64,000 nt of DNA from Oscillospiraceae bacterium (GTDB lineage Bacteria > Bacillota > Clostridia > Oscillospirales > Ruminococcaceae): NCBI GenBank assembly GCA_045121595.1, contig JBGVGI010000003.1:63610-127609 (forward strand). Reading direction: 5' to 3'. Positions 34,155-43,380 of the stretch are shown here, piece by piece. A program made the position numbers and the translations under genes. Numbering within the stretch: position 1 is the first letter of the stretch; every line of letters starts with the position of its first letter. The notes beneath the pieces were generated by a model. The model was not told the DNA's origin and ran no database searches. It was given only the letters and a program-made list of their open reading frames with translations.

Positions 34155-34397
34155 ATGAACATTGGAGACGCAACGAGAAGCCGTATCAAAGAGCTTTGCA
34201 AGGAGAAAAGCATCACGGTAAACAAGCTTTCCACACTTTGTGGAATCACCCAGTCCACCTTAAACAACATCGTCGGTGGCAGAAACAACAGCACCACCAT
34301 TTCCACTATCAAAAAGATATGCGACGGACTGGACATCACTATTCAGGAATTTTTTGAATCGGACTGTTTTGACGATTTAAGTCAGGAAATAAGTTAA
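34155..34397 (+). CDS. XRE/Cro-C1 helix-turn-helix regulator
   Basis: RIKELCKEKSITVNKLSTLCGITQSTLNNI...TIKKICDGL. Confidence 0.85.
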   Translation: MNIGDATRSRIKELCKEKSITVNKLSTLCGITQSTLNNIVGGRNNSTTISTIKKICDGLDITIQEFFESDCFDDLSQEIS

Positions 34398-34421
34398 GCA
34401 GAGGAAAACCCTCTGCTTTTT

Positions 34422-35270
34422 TTATTCTTTTAAATAATTGTCAATAAGTGTCTGTATTCCCCTCATATCATCAGGGGAGTCGAAAACCTCGGGGAAATTG
34501 GTTTTGGCATTATCGTAGGTGTAATATATATCGCAGAATTTCTTAAAATCAAATTCTTCGTTTACGCTGTTATCGTTGCAGAAAGAATAATCCTTGCCCA
34601 CAGCGGACTCACCCGTAATGGCACAGTAGGTCATAAGAGTAGTGATATACCCCGTGAGCATATTGGGGTGGAAACCGTCTCGCTCATTTTTACGGATAAT
34701 GAAGGTGTTTTTGTTATATTCTTCTTTTGCAAAGGGAACTTTCACGTCACCCGCTATAATATCGCTTACAATCTTACCCCAGTCAACGATAATAACGCCT
34801 TTTTTCTCAAGCTCTTTGACTTTCGGAACCCATACGTATTTATTCATATGAGCGTGGGCATGGAGCAGAAAAACAAACTTAACGTCGGGATTTTCTTTTT
34901 TGAAGATATCCATAACCACATCGCATTTTTCGAGAAAATCGGGGATATTTGCAGAGGCACTGCCCTGCTGCATAACAACGTAGTCAAACTTTCTGTCCAC
35001 AAGATAACTTAAGTGGTCGGTACCTTTACAAGGGCGTTCAACCGAGCAGGGACCCTCAAACAGATTTGTAAAATCGTGTCTGCCGAAGGTCCAGTTTGTG
35101 ACACTTACCTTTGCACCGTTTCTTTTACAAAGCTCGTAAAAATACCCTTTATCGTCGTTTCGTTCTTTCTGGGTTACAATTCCCCACCCCTTATCAAGCA
35201 CCGTTTTTCCGTAATATGTAAAAGAATTTCCTATAAATATAATTTTCTTGCCGTCAAGAATATTTCCCAT
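34422..35270 (-). CDS. SGNH/GDSL-like hydrolase (DUF4886-like)
   Basis: FIGNSFT block I and DGFHP block V. Confidence 0.7.
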   Translation of the reverse strand: MGNILDGKKIIFIGNSFTYYGKTVLDKGWGIVTQKERNDDKGYFYELCKRNGAKVSVTNWTFGRHDFTNLFEGPCSVERPCKGTDHLSYLVDRKFDYVVMQQGSASANIPDFLEKCDVVMDIFKKENPDVKFVFLLHAHAHMNKYVWVPKVKELEKKGVIIVDWGKIVSDIIAGDVKVPFAKEEYNKNTFIIRKNERDGFHPNMLTGYITTLMTYCAITGESAVGKDYSFCNDNSVNEEFDFKKFCDIYYTYDNAKTNFPEVFDSPDDMRGIQTLIDNYLKE

Positions 35271-35388
35271 CGCTATCACCTCGTAGTTACGATTATATCA
35301 TAAATTTACATATTTGTAAAACATACGACAAATTATTCTTGCACTACTTTGAAAGATATGGTAAAATGGTTGCAAAGGAGTGAAATTT

Positions 35389-36240
35389 ATGGAATTTTTA
35401 CAGCTTAAATACTTTTTTGAAAGCTCCAAAAACGAAAACTTCGCAAAAACGGCAGAAAAGTTTATGGTGCCTCCGTCATCTGTTTCCACCGCGATAAAAC
35501 GCCTTGAAAATGAGCTTGGTTGTGAGCTTTTCGACCGCAAGTCCAACAGTATTCTTTTGAATGAAAACGGAAAAAGGCTTCAAAAATCAATCCATATTAT
35601 CTTCAACGAACTGGATCAGGTTATCTTCGACCTTGCTACAGAAGAAAAAGACGATACCGAAATAAAGTTTCTCGTCCGCTCGGCAAGAGCTGTAATCATA
35701 GATAAAATTATAGATTTTAACAAAAAGCTCCCCACGGTACAGCTTTACGTTTCATCCGACCTTAACGACACGAATTACAACGATTACGATATAATCGTGG
35801 ATGAAGAAAATGAAATTTATTCTGATTTTGAAAAGTTTGAATTGTGTACTTTCCGTATCGGCATCCGTGCGACTTTGGATAATCCCCTTTGCAACAAGCC
35901 GTTAAAACTCAGCCAACTTGCAAATCAGCATTTTATTTCCCGAGGCGATGATGCAAGACTTTTTAAAATACTTACAAAAGCATGTAAAAAAGCGGGATTT
36001 ACACCAAAAGTTATCCTCAAAACAAACGACACTCTGTGTTACCGTCAGTGTATAGACGAAGGCGTCGGACTTGTACCGGCATTCAGGTACCCCAACGCAA
36101 ACACCAAAACTGCTAAAACTACCTTTTTGCAGATTTCGGATTTCGATGAACGCCAGACGGTTTACGTTTACTATAAAAAACACGAAAAAAGTAAAAACAT
36201 CGAAAACTTCATAAAATTCTTAAAAGACAGCATAACGTAA
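35389..36240 (+). CDS. LysR-family transcriptional regulator
   Basis: QLKYF...FAKTAEKF.VPPSSVSTAIKRLENELGCELFDR. Confidence 0.9.
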   Translation: MEFLQLKYFFESSKNENFAKTAEKFMVPPSSVSTAIKRLENELGCELFDRKSNSILLNENGKRLQKSIHIIFNELDQVIFDLATEEKDDTEIKFLVRSARAVIIDKIIDFNKKLPTVQLYVSSDLNDTNYNDYDIIVDEENEIYSDFEKFELCTFRIGIRATLDNPLCNKPLKLSQLANQHFISRGDDARLFKILTKACKKAGFTPKVILKTNDTLCYRQCIDEGVGLVPAFRYPNANTKTAKTTFLQISDFDERQTVYVYYKKHEKSKNIENFIKFLKDSIT

Positions 36241-36452
36241 AGAGCAGAGGACAACCCTCTGCTCTTTTAGTTATTTCATCGGATTATTTTCGATATACCG
36301 CCACGTTTCGAGATAATCATTTTCATCACGGATAATATGGTCGTAATACGATTTCTGCCACAATTTTTTATTAAATGGTTTCAATACATTTTCTTTCACA
36401 CATTTTATATATTCATTTGTGGTCATGGTTTTAAACCATTGCACCATATCCG

Positions 36453-36479
36453 GTAGGGAACGACCTGTGTGTCGTTCCG
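36453..36479 (+). repeat. GTAG-type REP inside the RAYT ORF
   Basis: GTAG-GGAACGAC-CTGTGT-GTCGTTCC-G. Confidence 0.9.
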
Positions 36480-36603
36480 CATCAATGAACAATATAAAAT
36501 GAATATGGTCAGGCATAATAACGTATTTTTCTATCGTTATACCGAATTTGTTTTCCAGTTTGGATAACCATTTTTCTATTATTATGTTTTGCGTAATATC
36601 TGA

Positions 36604-36630
36604 CGGAACGACACACAGGTCGTTCCCTAC
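36604..36630 (-). repeat. GTAG-type REP inside the RAYT ORF (inverted copy)
   Basis: Exact reverse complement of 36453-36479. Confidence 0.9.
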
Positions 36631-36756
36631 AATTGATTTTTCAAACAAGCATTGTCTTTCATAGGTGCACACCGTCACAAAATACAATCCATTTTGGGAA
36701 TAATCATAATCTTTTAACCTGTTGGCTTTACGCTTTGGGTATTCCATAAAACCCAA

Positions 36757-38667
36757 CTATATATGCAAATTAAAATACTTAACGTCCTCAAGGTCGCGGT
36801 TTGCAGCGGAAGCGTAGTCACACATAATAAGGTCACGGGTTTCACCGTCTGCTGTAAGCTTCACCCTCACCATACAAAGGGTGTTGTCAAGCCTTATTGG
36901 GTTAGCCTCAACACGTCTTCCCTCTTTGCCGAAGATAGTTTCATTTGAAAACATATCCTCTTCCTTGCATCCCACACGTTTTGACCTTGCAAGCATCACG
37001 GGGCCACGGCGAAGCACCGACATAGCACATTTAGTCATCATTTCCTTATCGCATCTGCCGTCAAACTCGTCAACCCAGCGCCATACGTGGTAGTCGGTAT
37101 CGGGGAGTGCTTTATATTCATAAGCAAAATCGATAATCTCAACCGTCATATCGAAGTTCATTCTTATAACGAAATTTTCCTCTTTGATATCAATAACGCA
37201 GTATTCACCCGCTACTGCCGTGTAAACGTCGTCTTCTGCGATAACCGAAGTATTTTTACTCCACGAAGGGATACGAAGGTAAAGTTTTTCGCCGACCTTT
37301 GCACCACGCACAGTAATCATCAAAGCCCCCTTATCGGCGTAACCTGCACCGATTCTGAAGCTTGTTTTACCGAAATCAACCGTCGACTGGATATACATAT
37401 TAACGCTGTATCCGTCAGGGCGTCTTGTGATAATGGTTTCGGCAACGTTTGTGAATCCTCTGCCTAAGTTATCAACGCAACAATGCTGATATTTCGTTTC
37501 GCAATGTCCGTCACCCGTCCACTGACGACCTGCACTTCTTACAAAGAACGCACCGCCCTTGCCGTTTTCATACGCACCTGCAAGAAAAGCATTCATAAAG
37601 GCTTTTTCCATATATTCCGTGTATTTTATCTCACCCGTGAGAAGATAAAGCTCGTGGCAAAGGCGCATCCAGTGGATAACGTCGCAGATTTCGGTTGCAG
37701 CGTCGGGATAGTATTTTGCGTTTGCAAAACGTTCGCAGTAACCGACACTGCCCAAAATATTTTCCTCGTCACGGTAAACGTTGTCGCAGAAATTAACGGT
37801 TGCATCAAAAATTCTCTTTTCCCCCGTAATTCTGTAAAGCTCAATAAGTCCGTCAAAGCAGGACATCATCTCGTAAGCCTTTGCGATATAATCGGGGTCA
37901 CCCTCGCACCAGTTCGCAGGGGATTTATCGGACAAAGCATTTTTAATAAGATTGGGAGCTTTATTATCCTCTCTGTCCCAGTCTTTTGCGATTTGGAGAC
38001 AAAAATCAAGGTACTTTTTATCCCCCGTCAGGCGGTACAGAATAAGCATCGGTTTCATAATTGAGCAGGAAGGAAGTCCCACGATACAACCCGTATCCCT
38101 TGCAGTTGCCTTTAACTCTTCAAGCTGACTTATGGTACAGTCGGCAAGGCGTACACATCCTTTTAAAATCTTTTTATCGTCTAAAAGCTGAGCCACTTCC
38201 AAAAGTGCCCACAGAGTATACTTTCTGCCCCAGATGTTCCAGTTGAAATCACACGGCCAACCGTATTTGTTAAGTGAGCGGTCGTTTGCCGTCGGCAAAA
38301 AGTTACGGCTTTCAAAATAGGTACCCGTGTAGCCTTCTGCATCCTGGAAAGAAAGTATTCTGTAAGCGGATTTTTTTATATCCTCTTTAAGCTTTTCGTC
38401 GTTTTTCATTCTGCAGACACGACAAGCCGACAGAATAAGCTTTCCCCAGAACTCACCTCTCCACATACCGTGAGTGTACTCGTCGTCGTATTTTTGGAGG
38501 AAGCAGTCCTCTGCCTCACGCAAAATTTCCTCAATGGCAAACTTTCCGTTTACACGTTCAAAAACGAATCTGTCAAACCTTATACCGTACTCTCCGTCAA
38601 AGGAAACCCCCGAAAGATTTGGCTTTTCAATTAAATTTTCAACCTTGTAATTTACTTTGTAATCCAT
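36757..38667 (-). CDS. GH127/GH146-like beta-L-arabinofuranosidase-family glycosidase
   Basis: (alpha/alpha)6 motifs, TEICD (ExC) and HCC cysteine/Zn motifs, YLLTGEIKY.EYMEKAFMN; no signal peptide. Confidence 0.75.
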   Translation of the reverse strand: MDYKVNYKVENLIEKPNLSGVSFDGEYGIRFDRFVFERVNGKFAIEEILREAEDCFLQKYDDEYTHGMWRGEFWGKLILSACRVCRMKNDEKLKEDIKKSAYRILSFQDAEGYTGTYFESRNFLPTANDRSLNKYGWPCDFNWNIWGRKYTLWALLEVAQLLDDKKILKGCVRLADCTISQLEELKATARDTGCIVGLPSCSIMKPMLILYRLTGDKKYLDFCLQIAKDWDREDNKAPNLIKNALSDKSPANWCEGDPDYIAKAYEMMSCFDGLIELYRITGEKRIFDATVNFCDNVYRDEENILGSVGYCERFANAKYYPDAATEICDVIHWMRLCHELYLLTGEIKYTEYMEKAFMNAFLAGAYENGKGGAFFVRSAGRQWTGDGHCETKYQHCCVDNLGRGFTNVAETIITRRPDGYSVNMYIQSTVDFGKTSFRIGAGYADKGALMITVRGAKVGEKLYLRIPSWSKNTSVIAEDDVYTAVAGEYCVIDIKEENFVIRMNFDMTVEIIDFAYEYKALPDTDYHVWRWVDEFDGRCDKEMMTKCAMSVLRRGPVMLARSKRVGCKEEDMFSNETIFGKEGRRVEANPIRLDNTLCMVRVKLTADGETRDLIMCDYASAANRDLEDVKYFNLHI

Positions 38668-38739
38668 AATATCTCTCCTTTTCTTTCCAACAGAATACCA
38701 TACTTGAAATTAAAAAGCAATAGACAAAATCTATTTTTC

Positions 38740-38768
38740 TTGCAATTTATTTTTATATGTGCTATAAT
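38740..38768 (+). promoter_or_regulatory. Strong SigA promoter
   Basis: TTGCAA-17 nt-TATAAT with extended TGn. Confidence 0.8.
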
Positions 38769-38774
38769 TTTCTT

Positions 38775-38940
38775 GCGACGAAAATTTAATTATACCTTTT
38801 AATTGCGTAGGTGTGTATTTTACCTTTCGGTAAAAATGCATACTCTTTTCTACATGCCTATGCAATAAGGAAAACTTTTCGTCGCAACAAAAGTCGAAGT
38901 ATGCGTTTTTCGTGCGTAGCTTCGGCTACGCATTTTTTAT
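38775..38940 (+). ncRNA. Candidate structured RNA or attenuator leader of unknown family
   Basis: Rod with 10-bp and 16-bp helices (G-U wobbles on the + strand), potential loop-tail pseudoknot, and a UUCG terminator with U-tract. Confidence 0.6.
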
Positions 38941-38957
38941 TTGAAAGGAGATTCCCT

Positions 38958-39095
38958 ATGCCCGACTACAAAGCGATGTATTATAAACTGTTTAACACAT
39001 ACACCGACGTAATTGAAATGCTACAAAAAGCGCAACTTGAAACCGAAGAGATTTATATGAATTCTTCCGAGGACGAAGAAGAAACAGAAGCTTAA
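38958..39095 (+). CDS. Small acidic hypothetical protein (45 aa, MPDYKAMYYKLFN...)
   Basis: GAAAGGAG SD 7 nt upstream of ATG; resembles a recurrent small Clostridia helical protein that I cannot name. Confidence 0.7.
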   Translation: MPDYKAMYYKLFNTYTDVIEMLQKAQLETEEIYMNSSEDEEETEA

Positions 39096-39161
39096 TCCCT
39101 TACTACGATACTATTTTACCACATATATTAGTAACAAAAGTAACAACTTTTAAAAAAATAA

Positions 39162-39190
39162 AAAAAGCTCCGAAATTTTCGGAGCTTTTT
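39162..39190. terminator. Bidirectional terminator
   Basis: AAAAAGCTCCGAA-AT-TTTCGGAGCTTTTT. Confidence 0.8.
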
Positions 39191-39198
39191 CATTACAA

Positions 39199-40197
39199 TT
39201 ATTTGTTTGCTTCTTCAACTGCAACAGCACAAGCAACTGTCATACCAACCATGGGGTTGTTACCTGCACCGATAAGACCCATCATTTCAACGTGAGCGGG
39301 AACGGAAGAAGAACCTGCAAACTGAGCGTCACCGTGCATACGACCCATTGTGTCTGTAAGACCATAGGAAGCAGGACCTGCAGCAACGTTATCGGGATGC
39401 AAGGTACGGCCTGTACCACCACCGGAAGCAACGGAGAAGTATTTCTTGCCGTTTTCCAAAGCCCATTTCTTGTAAGTTCCTGCAACGGGGTGCTGGAAAC
39501 GAGTGGGGTTAGTGGAGTTACCTGTGATAGATACGTCAGCTTTTTCGTGAATCATGATAGCAACGCCTTCGGAAACGTCGTTAGCACCGTAGCAACGAAC
39601 TTTAGCTTTGTCGCCGTCGGAGTAAGCTTTTTCACGAACGATTTTGAGATTGCCTGTAGCAAAGTCATATTCAGTTTCAACGTAAGTAAAGCCGTTGATT
39701 CTGGAGATAATCATAGCAGCGTCTTTACCAAGACCGTTGAGAATAACTCTAAGGGGTTTCTTTCTTGCTTTGTTAGCTGTTCTTGCGATACCGATAGCAC
39801 CTTCAGCAGCAGCGAAGGATTCGTGACCTGCAAGGAAGCAGAAGCAGTCTGTTTCTTCTCTCAAAAGCATAGCGCCGAGGTTACCGTGGCCAAGACCAAC
39901 AGCACGCTGTTCAGCAACAGAACCGGGGATGCAGAAAGCCTGCAAGCCGATACCGATAGCTTCAGCAGCATCAGCAGCTTTTTTGATACCTTTTTTGAGT
40001 GCAACGCCAACGCCAAGAGTATATGCCCAGGAAGCATTTTCAAATGCGATAGGCTGTACACCTTTAACGATAGCTTCAACGTCGATACCTTTTTCAAGGC
40101 AGTAATCTCTTACTTCATCGAGAGATTTAAAGCCGTATTCAGCAAGACATGCCTCGATTTTAGGCATTCTTCTTTCCTGACCTTCAAATTTAGCCAT
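39199..40197 (-). CDS. GGGtGRT family protein
   Basis: Contains VASGGGTGRTLHPDN. Confidence 0.9.
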   Translation of the reverse strand: MAKFEGQERRMPKIEACLAEYGFKSLDEVRDYCLEKGIDVEAIVKGVQPIAFENASWAYTLGVGVALKKGIKKAADAAEAIGIGLQAFCIPGSVAEQRAVGLGHGNLGAMLLREETDCFCFLAGHESFAAAEGAIGIARTANKARKKPLRVILNGLGKDAAMIISRINGFTYVETEYDFATGNLKIVREKAYSDGDKAKVRCYGANDVSEGVAIMIHEKADVSITGNSTNPTRFQHPVAGTYKKWALENGKKYFSVASGGGTGRTLHPDNVAAGPASYGLTDTMGRMHGDAQFAGSSSVPAHVEMMGLIGAGNNPMVGMTVACAVAVEEANK

Positions 40198-40212
40198 AAC
40201 AGTAAACCTCCC

Positions 40213-40902
40213 TTATTCTTCTCTGGGGTCGATATGTTTGTAACCTTCATAACGACCGTAAGTGCCGATGTTGTTTTCGTAAGCTTCTTTGGGGTCTTTG
40301 CCGTGACGGATGTCTTCGAGCATTTTGCCAAGTCTTACGAATTTATAACCGCAAACTTCGTTGTCTTCATCAACAGCGATTTTGAGGATATAACCTTCTG
40401 CCATTTCGAGGTAACGTACACCTTTAGCTCCTGTGGAGAAGATTGTACCAACCTGAGAACGGAGTCCTTTACCGAGGTCTTCAAGACCTGCGCCAACGGG
40501 CAAACCGTCTTCGGAGAAAGCAGTCTGAGTTCTGCCGTATACAATCTGCAAGAAGAGTTCTCTCATAGCAACGTTGATAGCGTCACAAACGAGGTCAGTG
40601 TTAAGAGCTTCTAAAAGTGTTTTACCAGGCAAGATTTCACCAGCCATAGCAGCAGAGTGAGTCATACCGGAACAACCGAGAGTTTCAACGAGTGCTTCTT
40701 CGATGATACCGTTTTTAACGTTAAGTGTAAGTTTGCAGCAACCCTGCTGAGGAGCACACCAGCCCACACCGTGAGTCAAACCGGAAATATCCTTTACGTC
40801 ATACGCTTTTACCCATCTGCCTTCTTCGGGAATGGGAGCAGGACCGTGTTTAGGGCCTTTAGCGATAGGACACATTCTCTCAACTTCATGAGAATACATC
40901 AT
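40213..40902 (-). CDS. IscU/NifU-like Fe-S scaffold-domain protein
   Basis: WCAPQQGCCKL, GCSGMTHS and LVCDA cysteines; the usual partner of GGGtGRT. Confidence 0.8.
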   Translation of the reverse strand: MMYSHEVERMCPIAKGPKHGPAPIPEEGRWVKAYDVKDISGLTHGVGWCAPQQGCCKLTLNVKNGIIEEALVETLGCSGMTHSAAMAGEILPGKTLLEALNTDLVCDAINVAMRELFLQIVYGRTQTAFSEDGLPVGAGLEDLGKGLRSQVGTIFSTGAKGVRYLEMAEGYILKIAVDEDNEVCGYKFVRLGKMLEDIRHGKDPKEAYENNIGTYGRYEGYKHIDPREE

Positions 40903-40942
40903 ATTTATCATTCCTTTCAAAATTATATGCCTTTTTCAGGAT

Positions 40943-41101
40943 CGGAACGACACACAGGTCGTTCCCTACAAGCCTTCTCCAGTGGGAGAAGGGGGACCGC
41001 TTGCGGTGGATGAGGTGTAACACTCAACCACACAGGTCGTTCATAATCGGAACGACACACAGGTCGTTCATAGTCGGAACGACACACAGGTCGTTCCCTA
41101 C
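40943..41101 (-). repeat. REP cluster (BIME-like): 2 complete + 2 partial copies of the RAYT REP plus a different palindrome
   Basis: CGGAACGACACACAGGTCGTTCCCTAC at 40943 and 41075, partial copies at 41030 and 41048, and CCTTCTCC-AGTG-GGAGAAGG at about 40973. Confidence 0.9.
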
Positions 41102-41154
41102 TTTAAAAAAATGTGCTGCCGCTTTCGTGACAGCACATCTTAGAATTCTTACAA

Positions 41155-42171
41155 TTAAGCGAGTTCAGCAAAATATTTGATTGTTCTTACCATCTGGCTT
41201 GTGTAAGAGTTTTCGTTATCGTACCAGGAAACAACCTGTACTTCATATGTGTCATCGTCGATTTTAGCAACCATTGTCTGAGTAGCATCGAACAAAGAAC
41301 CATATGTGATACCGATGATGTCGGAAGAAACGAGTTCTTCTTCAGTGTAACCAAAGGAAGCAGAAGAAGCAGCTTTCATAGCAGCGTTGATGCCTTCTTT
41401 AGTAACGTCTTTACCTTTAACTACAGCAACGAGGATTGTTGTAGAACCGGTGGGAACGGGAACACGCTGAGCAGAACCGATGAGTTTGCCGTTGAGTTCG
41501 GTAATTACAAGACCGATAGCTTTTGCAGCACCTGTGGAGTTAGGAACGATGTTAACTGCAGCAGCACGAGCACGACGAAGGTCGCCTTTTCTGTGAGGAC
41601 CATCGAGAACCATCTGGTCGCCTGTGAAAGCGTGGATAGTAGACATGATACCAGCCTGGATGGGAGCGTAATCGTTAAGAGCTTTAGCCATAGGAGCCAA
41701 GCAGTTTGTTGTACAGGAAGCAGCGGAGATGATTTTGTCATCAGCTGTAAGTGTATTTTCGTTTACGCTGAATACAACTGTGGGAAGGTCGTTACCTGCG
41801 GGAGCAGAGATAACAACTTTCTTAGCACCTGCATCGATGTGAGCCTGAGATTTTTCTTTGGAGCAATAGAAACCTGTGCACTCCAAAACTACGTCAACGT
41901 CAAGTTCGCCCCAGGGCAAATCTTTAGCGTCTTTTTCTGCATAGATTTTGATTGTTTTACCATCAACTGTGATGGAATCTTCACCAGCTACTACTGTATC
42001 TGCCAAAGCGTATCTGCCCTGTGCAGAGTCGTATTTGAGCAAGTGAGCGAGCATTTTGGGGCTTGTGAGGTCGTTGATAGCAACGATTTCATAACCCTCT
42101 GCGCCAAACATCTGGCGGAATGCCAAACGGCCAATGCGGCCAAAGCCATTGATTGCAACTTTTACTGCCAT
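41155..42171 (-). CDS. gap: Type I glyceraldehyde-3-phosphate dehydrogenase
   Basis: [20 protein letters not shown]. Confidence 0.99.
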   Translation of the reverse strand: MAVKVAINGFGRIGRLAFRQMFGAEGYEIVAINDLTSPKMLAHLLKYDSAQGRYALADTVVAGEDSITVDGKTIKIYAEKDAKDLPWGELDVDVVLECTGFYCSKEKSQAHIDAGAKKVVISAPAGNDLPTVVFSVNENTLTADDKIISAASCTTNCLAPMAKALNDYAPIQAGIMSTIHAFTGDQMVLDGPHRKGDLRRARAAAVNIVPNSTGAAKAIGLVITELNGKLIGSAQRVPVPTGSTTILVAVVKGKDVTKEGINAAMKAASSASFGYTEEELVSSDIIGITYGSLFDATQTMVAKIDDDTYEVQVVSWYDNENSYTSQMVRTIKYFAELA

Positions 42172-42375
42172 AATAATAAACCTCCAAAAATTTATTCTGT
42201 TACTATTTTATACCATTTTGAAAAAAAATACAAGCCTTTGTTACAAATTTAACATTATAAAAGTATTAAATTTTTCACAAGAAAATCATCGGTTTTTTGT
42301 GAATTTCTTCCCATTTTTCAAAAAAACGTCCTTTTTTGCTCAAAATATGCTATAATTATAGCGGAGGAATAAATT

Positions 42376-43233
42376 ATGCGTTTTAAAAGAGTATACGTTG
42401 AAATCGGAAATATATGCAATTTAAACTGCAGTTTTTGCAGTGAAGTTAAAAGAGAAAAGCGACAGATGACAGTTTCGGAGTTTTCTCATATCGCAAAGGA
42501 GGTAAAACCCTTTTGCGACTATCTCTATTTTCATATAAAGGGCGAACCGCTTTTGCATCCGCACCTGTCCGAGTTTTTTGATATCGCAGAAGAATATAAT
42601 TTCCTCATAAACATAACCACAAACGGCACTCTTTTAGATAAAACGGGCGATATGATACTTTCAAAAAAAGCTTTAAGGCAGATAAACATCTCGCTTCATT
42701 CCTTCCCCGCCCATAAAATGGACGGATATTTAAGTACCGTTTTAAACTTTTCCAAAAAAGCAAGTCTTGAGCATAAAAAATACGTGGTTTTAAGGTTCTG
42801 GAACCTTGACAACACACGTAAAACGGATAAAGCTTCCCTTGATATGCTTAACAAAATCAAGGAGTATTTTAACTTTGAGGGCGACCTTTTTGAAGCTATG
42901 AAAGGCAGAAGCGTTATGCTTGAAAAAGGAATTTTCATAAGCTTTGAAGAGGAGTTTGAGTGGCCGAGCCTTGAAAACCCGTTTATCTCCGATACGGGTA
43001 TCTGCTACGGCACACGAAATATGCTCGGCATCTTAGCAGACGGGACAGTTACGCCCTGTTGCCTTGATGCAAACGGCGAAGCGCCTTTGGGTAACGTCTT
43101 CAAAACCCCACTTGCCGATATGATGGAGAATATTGATAAAATAGCCTTTAACCTCACAAACCGTCATATCGACTTAGAATTATGTAAACGTTGCTCCTAT
43201 CGGACAAGATTTGACAAAATAAAAATTGTTTAA
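42376..43233 (+). CDS. Radical SAM protein with SPASM/twitch domain
   Basis: CNLNCSFC; C-terminal CYG...TPCC...C..C. Confidence 0.9.
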   Translation: MRFKRVYVEIGNICNLNCSFCSEVKREKRQMTVSEFSHIAKEVKPFCDYLYFHIKGEPLLHPHLSEFFDIAEEYNFLINITTNGTLLDKTGDMILSKKALRQINISLHSFPAHKMDGYLSTVLNFSKKASLEHKKYVVLRFWNLDNTRKTDKASLDMLNKIKEYFNFEGDLFEAMKGRSVMLEKGIFISFEEEFEWPSLENPFISDTGICYGTRNMLGILADGTVTPCCLDANGEAPLGNVFKTPLADMMENIDKIAFNLTNRHIDLELCKRCSYRTRFDKIKIV

Positions 43234-43286
43234 ACCCGACCACAGCCAAAGCACTTTTAAAAAGCTTTTGGTTTGGTTTTATATAA

Positions 43287-43380
43287 TTTACTTTATTTTA
43301 CTTTATTTTACTTTGTGCATTGTTTACACAGGAATACACATTGTTTACACAAAAATCCCCATTCTTTACACAGAAATCCC
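43287..43380 (+). repeat. 3 x 10-bp AT-rich repeat followed by 3 x 21-bp direct repeat
   Basis: TTTACTTTAT x3 (last TTTACTTTGT), then CATTGTTTACACAGGAATACA / CATTGTTTACACAAAAATCCC / CATTCTTTACACAGAAATCCC. Confidence 0.85.

Larger units (their letters stand above)
36271..36747 (-). mobile_element. REP-associated tyrosine transposase (RAYT/TnpA-REP, HUH Y1)
   Basis: RLKDYDYSQNGLYFVTVCT, MPDHIH (HUH), WQKSYYDHIIR, YIENNP. Confidence 0.9.

Noticed and set aside
34085-34339. 84-aa minus-strand ORF
   Set aside because: Antisense to the well-supported XRE HTH gene.
36757-38667. GH127 and RAYT as a functional unit
   Set aside because: The adjacency is most simply explained by RAYT insertion downstream; no functional link is evident.
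38775-38885. 6S RNA or SRP RNA identity for the structured RNA
   Set aside because: It lacks the SRP helix-8 motif, and the length and central-bubble layout do not fit 6S as I know it; left unassigned.
39292-40614. 440-aa plus-strand ORF antisense to GGGtGRT/IscU-like genes
   Set aside because: Shadow ORF: highly expressed genes avoid TTA/CTA/TCA codons, leaving the antisense frame open. The translation is S/F/T/V-rich with no motifs.
41021-41101. 27-nt-period array as a possible CRISPR
   Set aside because: There are no unique spacers or cas genes, and the units are copies of the RAYT-associated REP.
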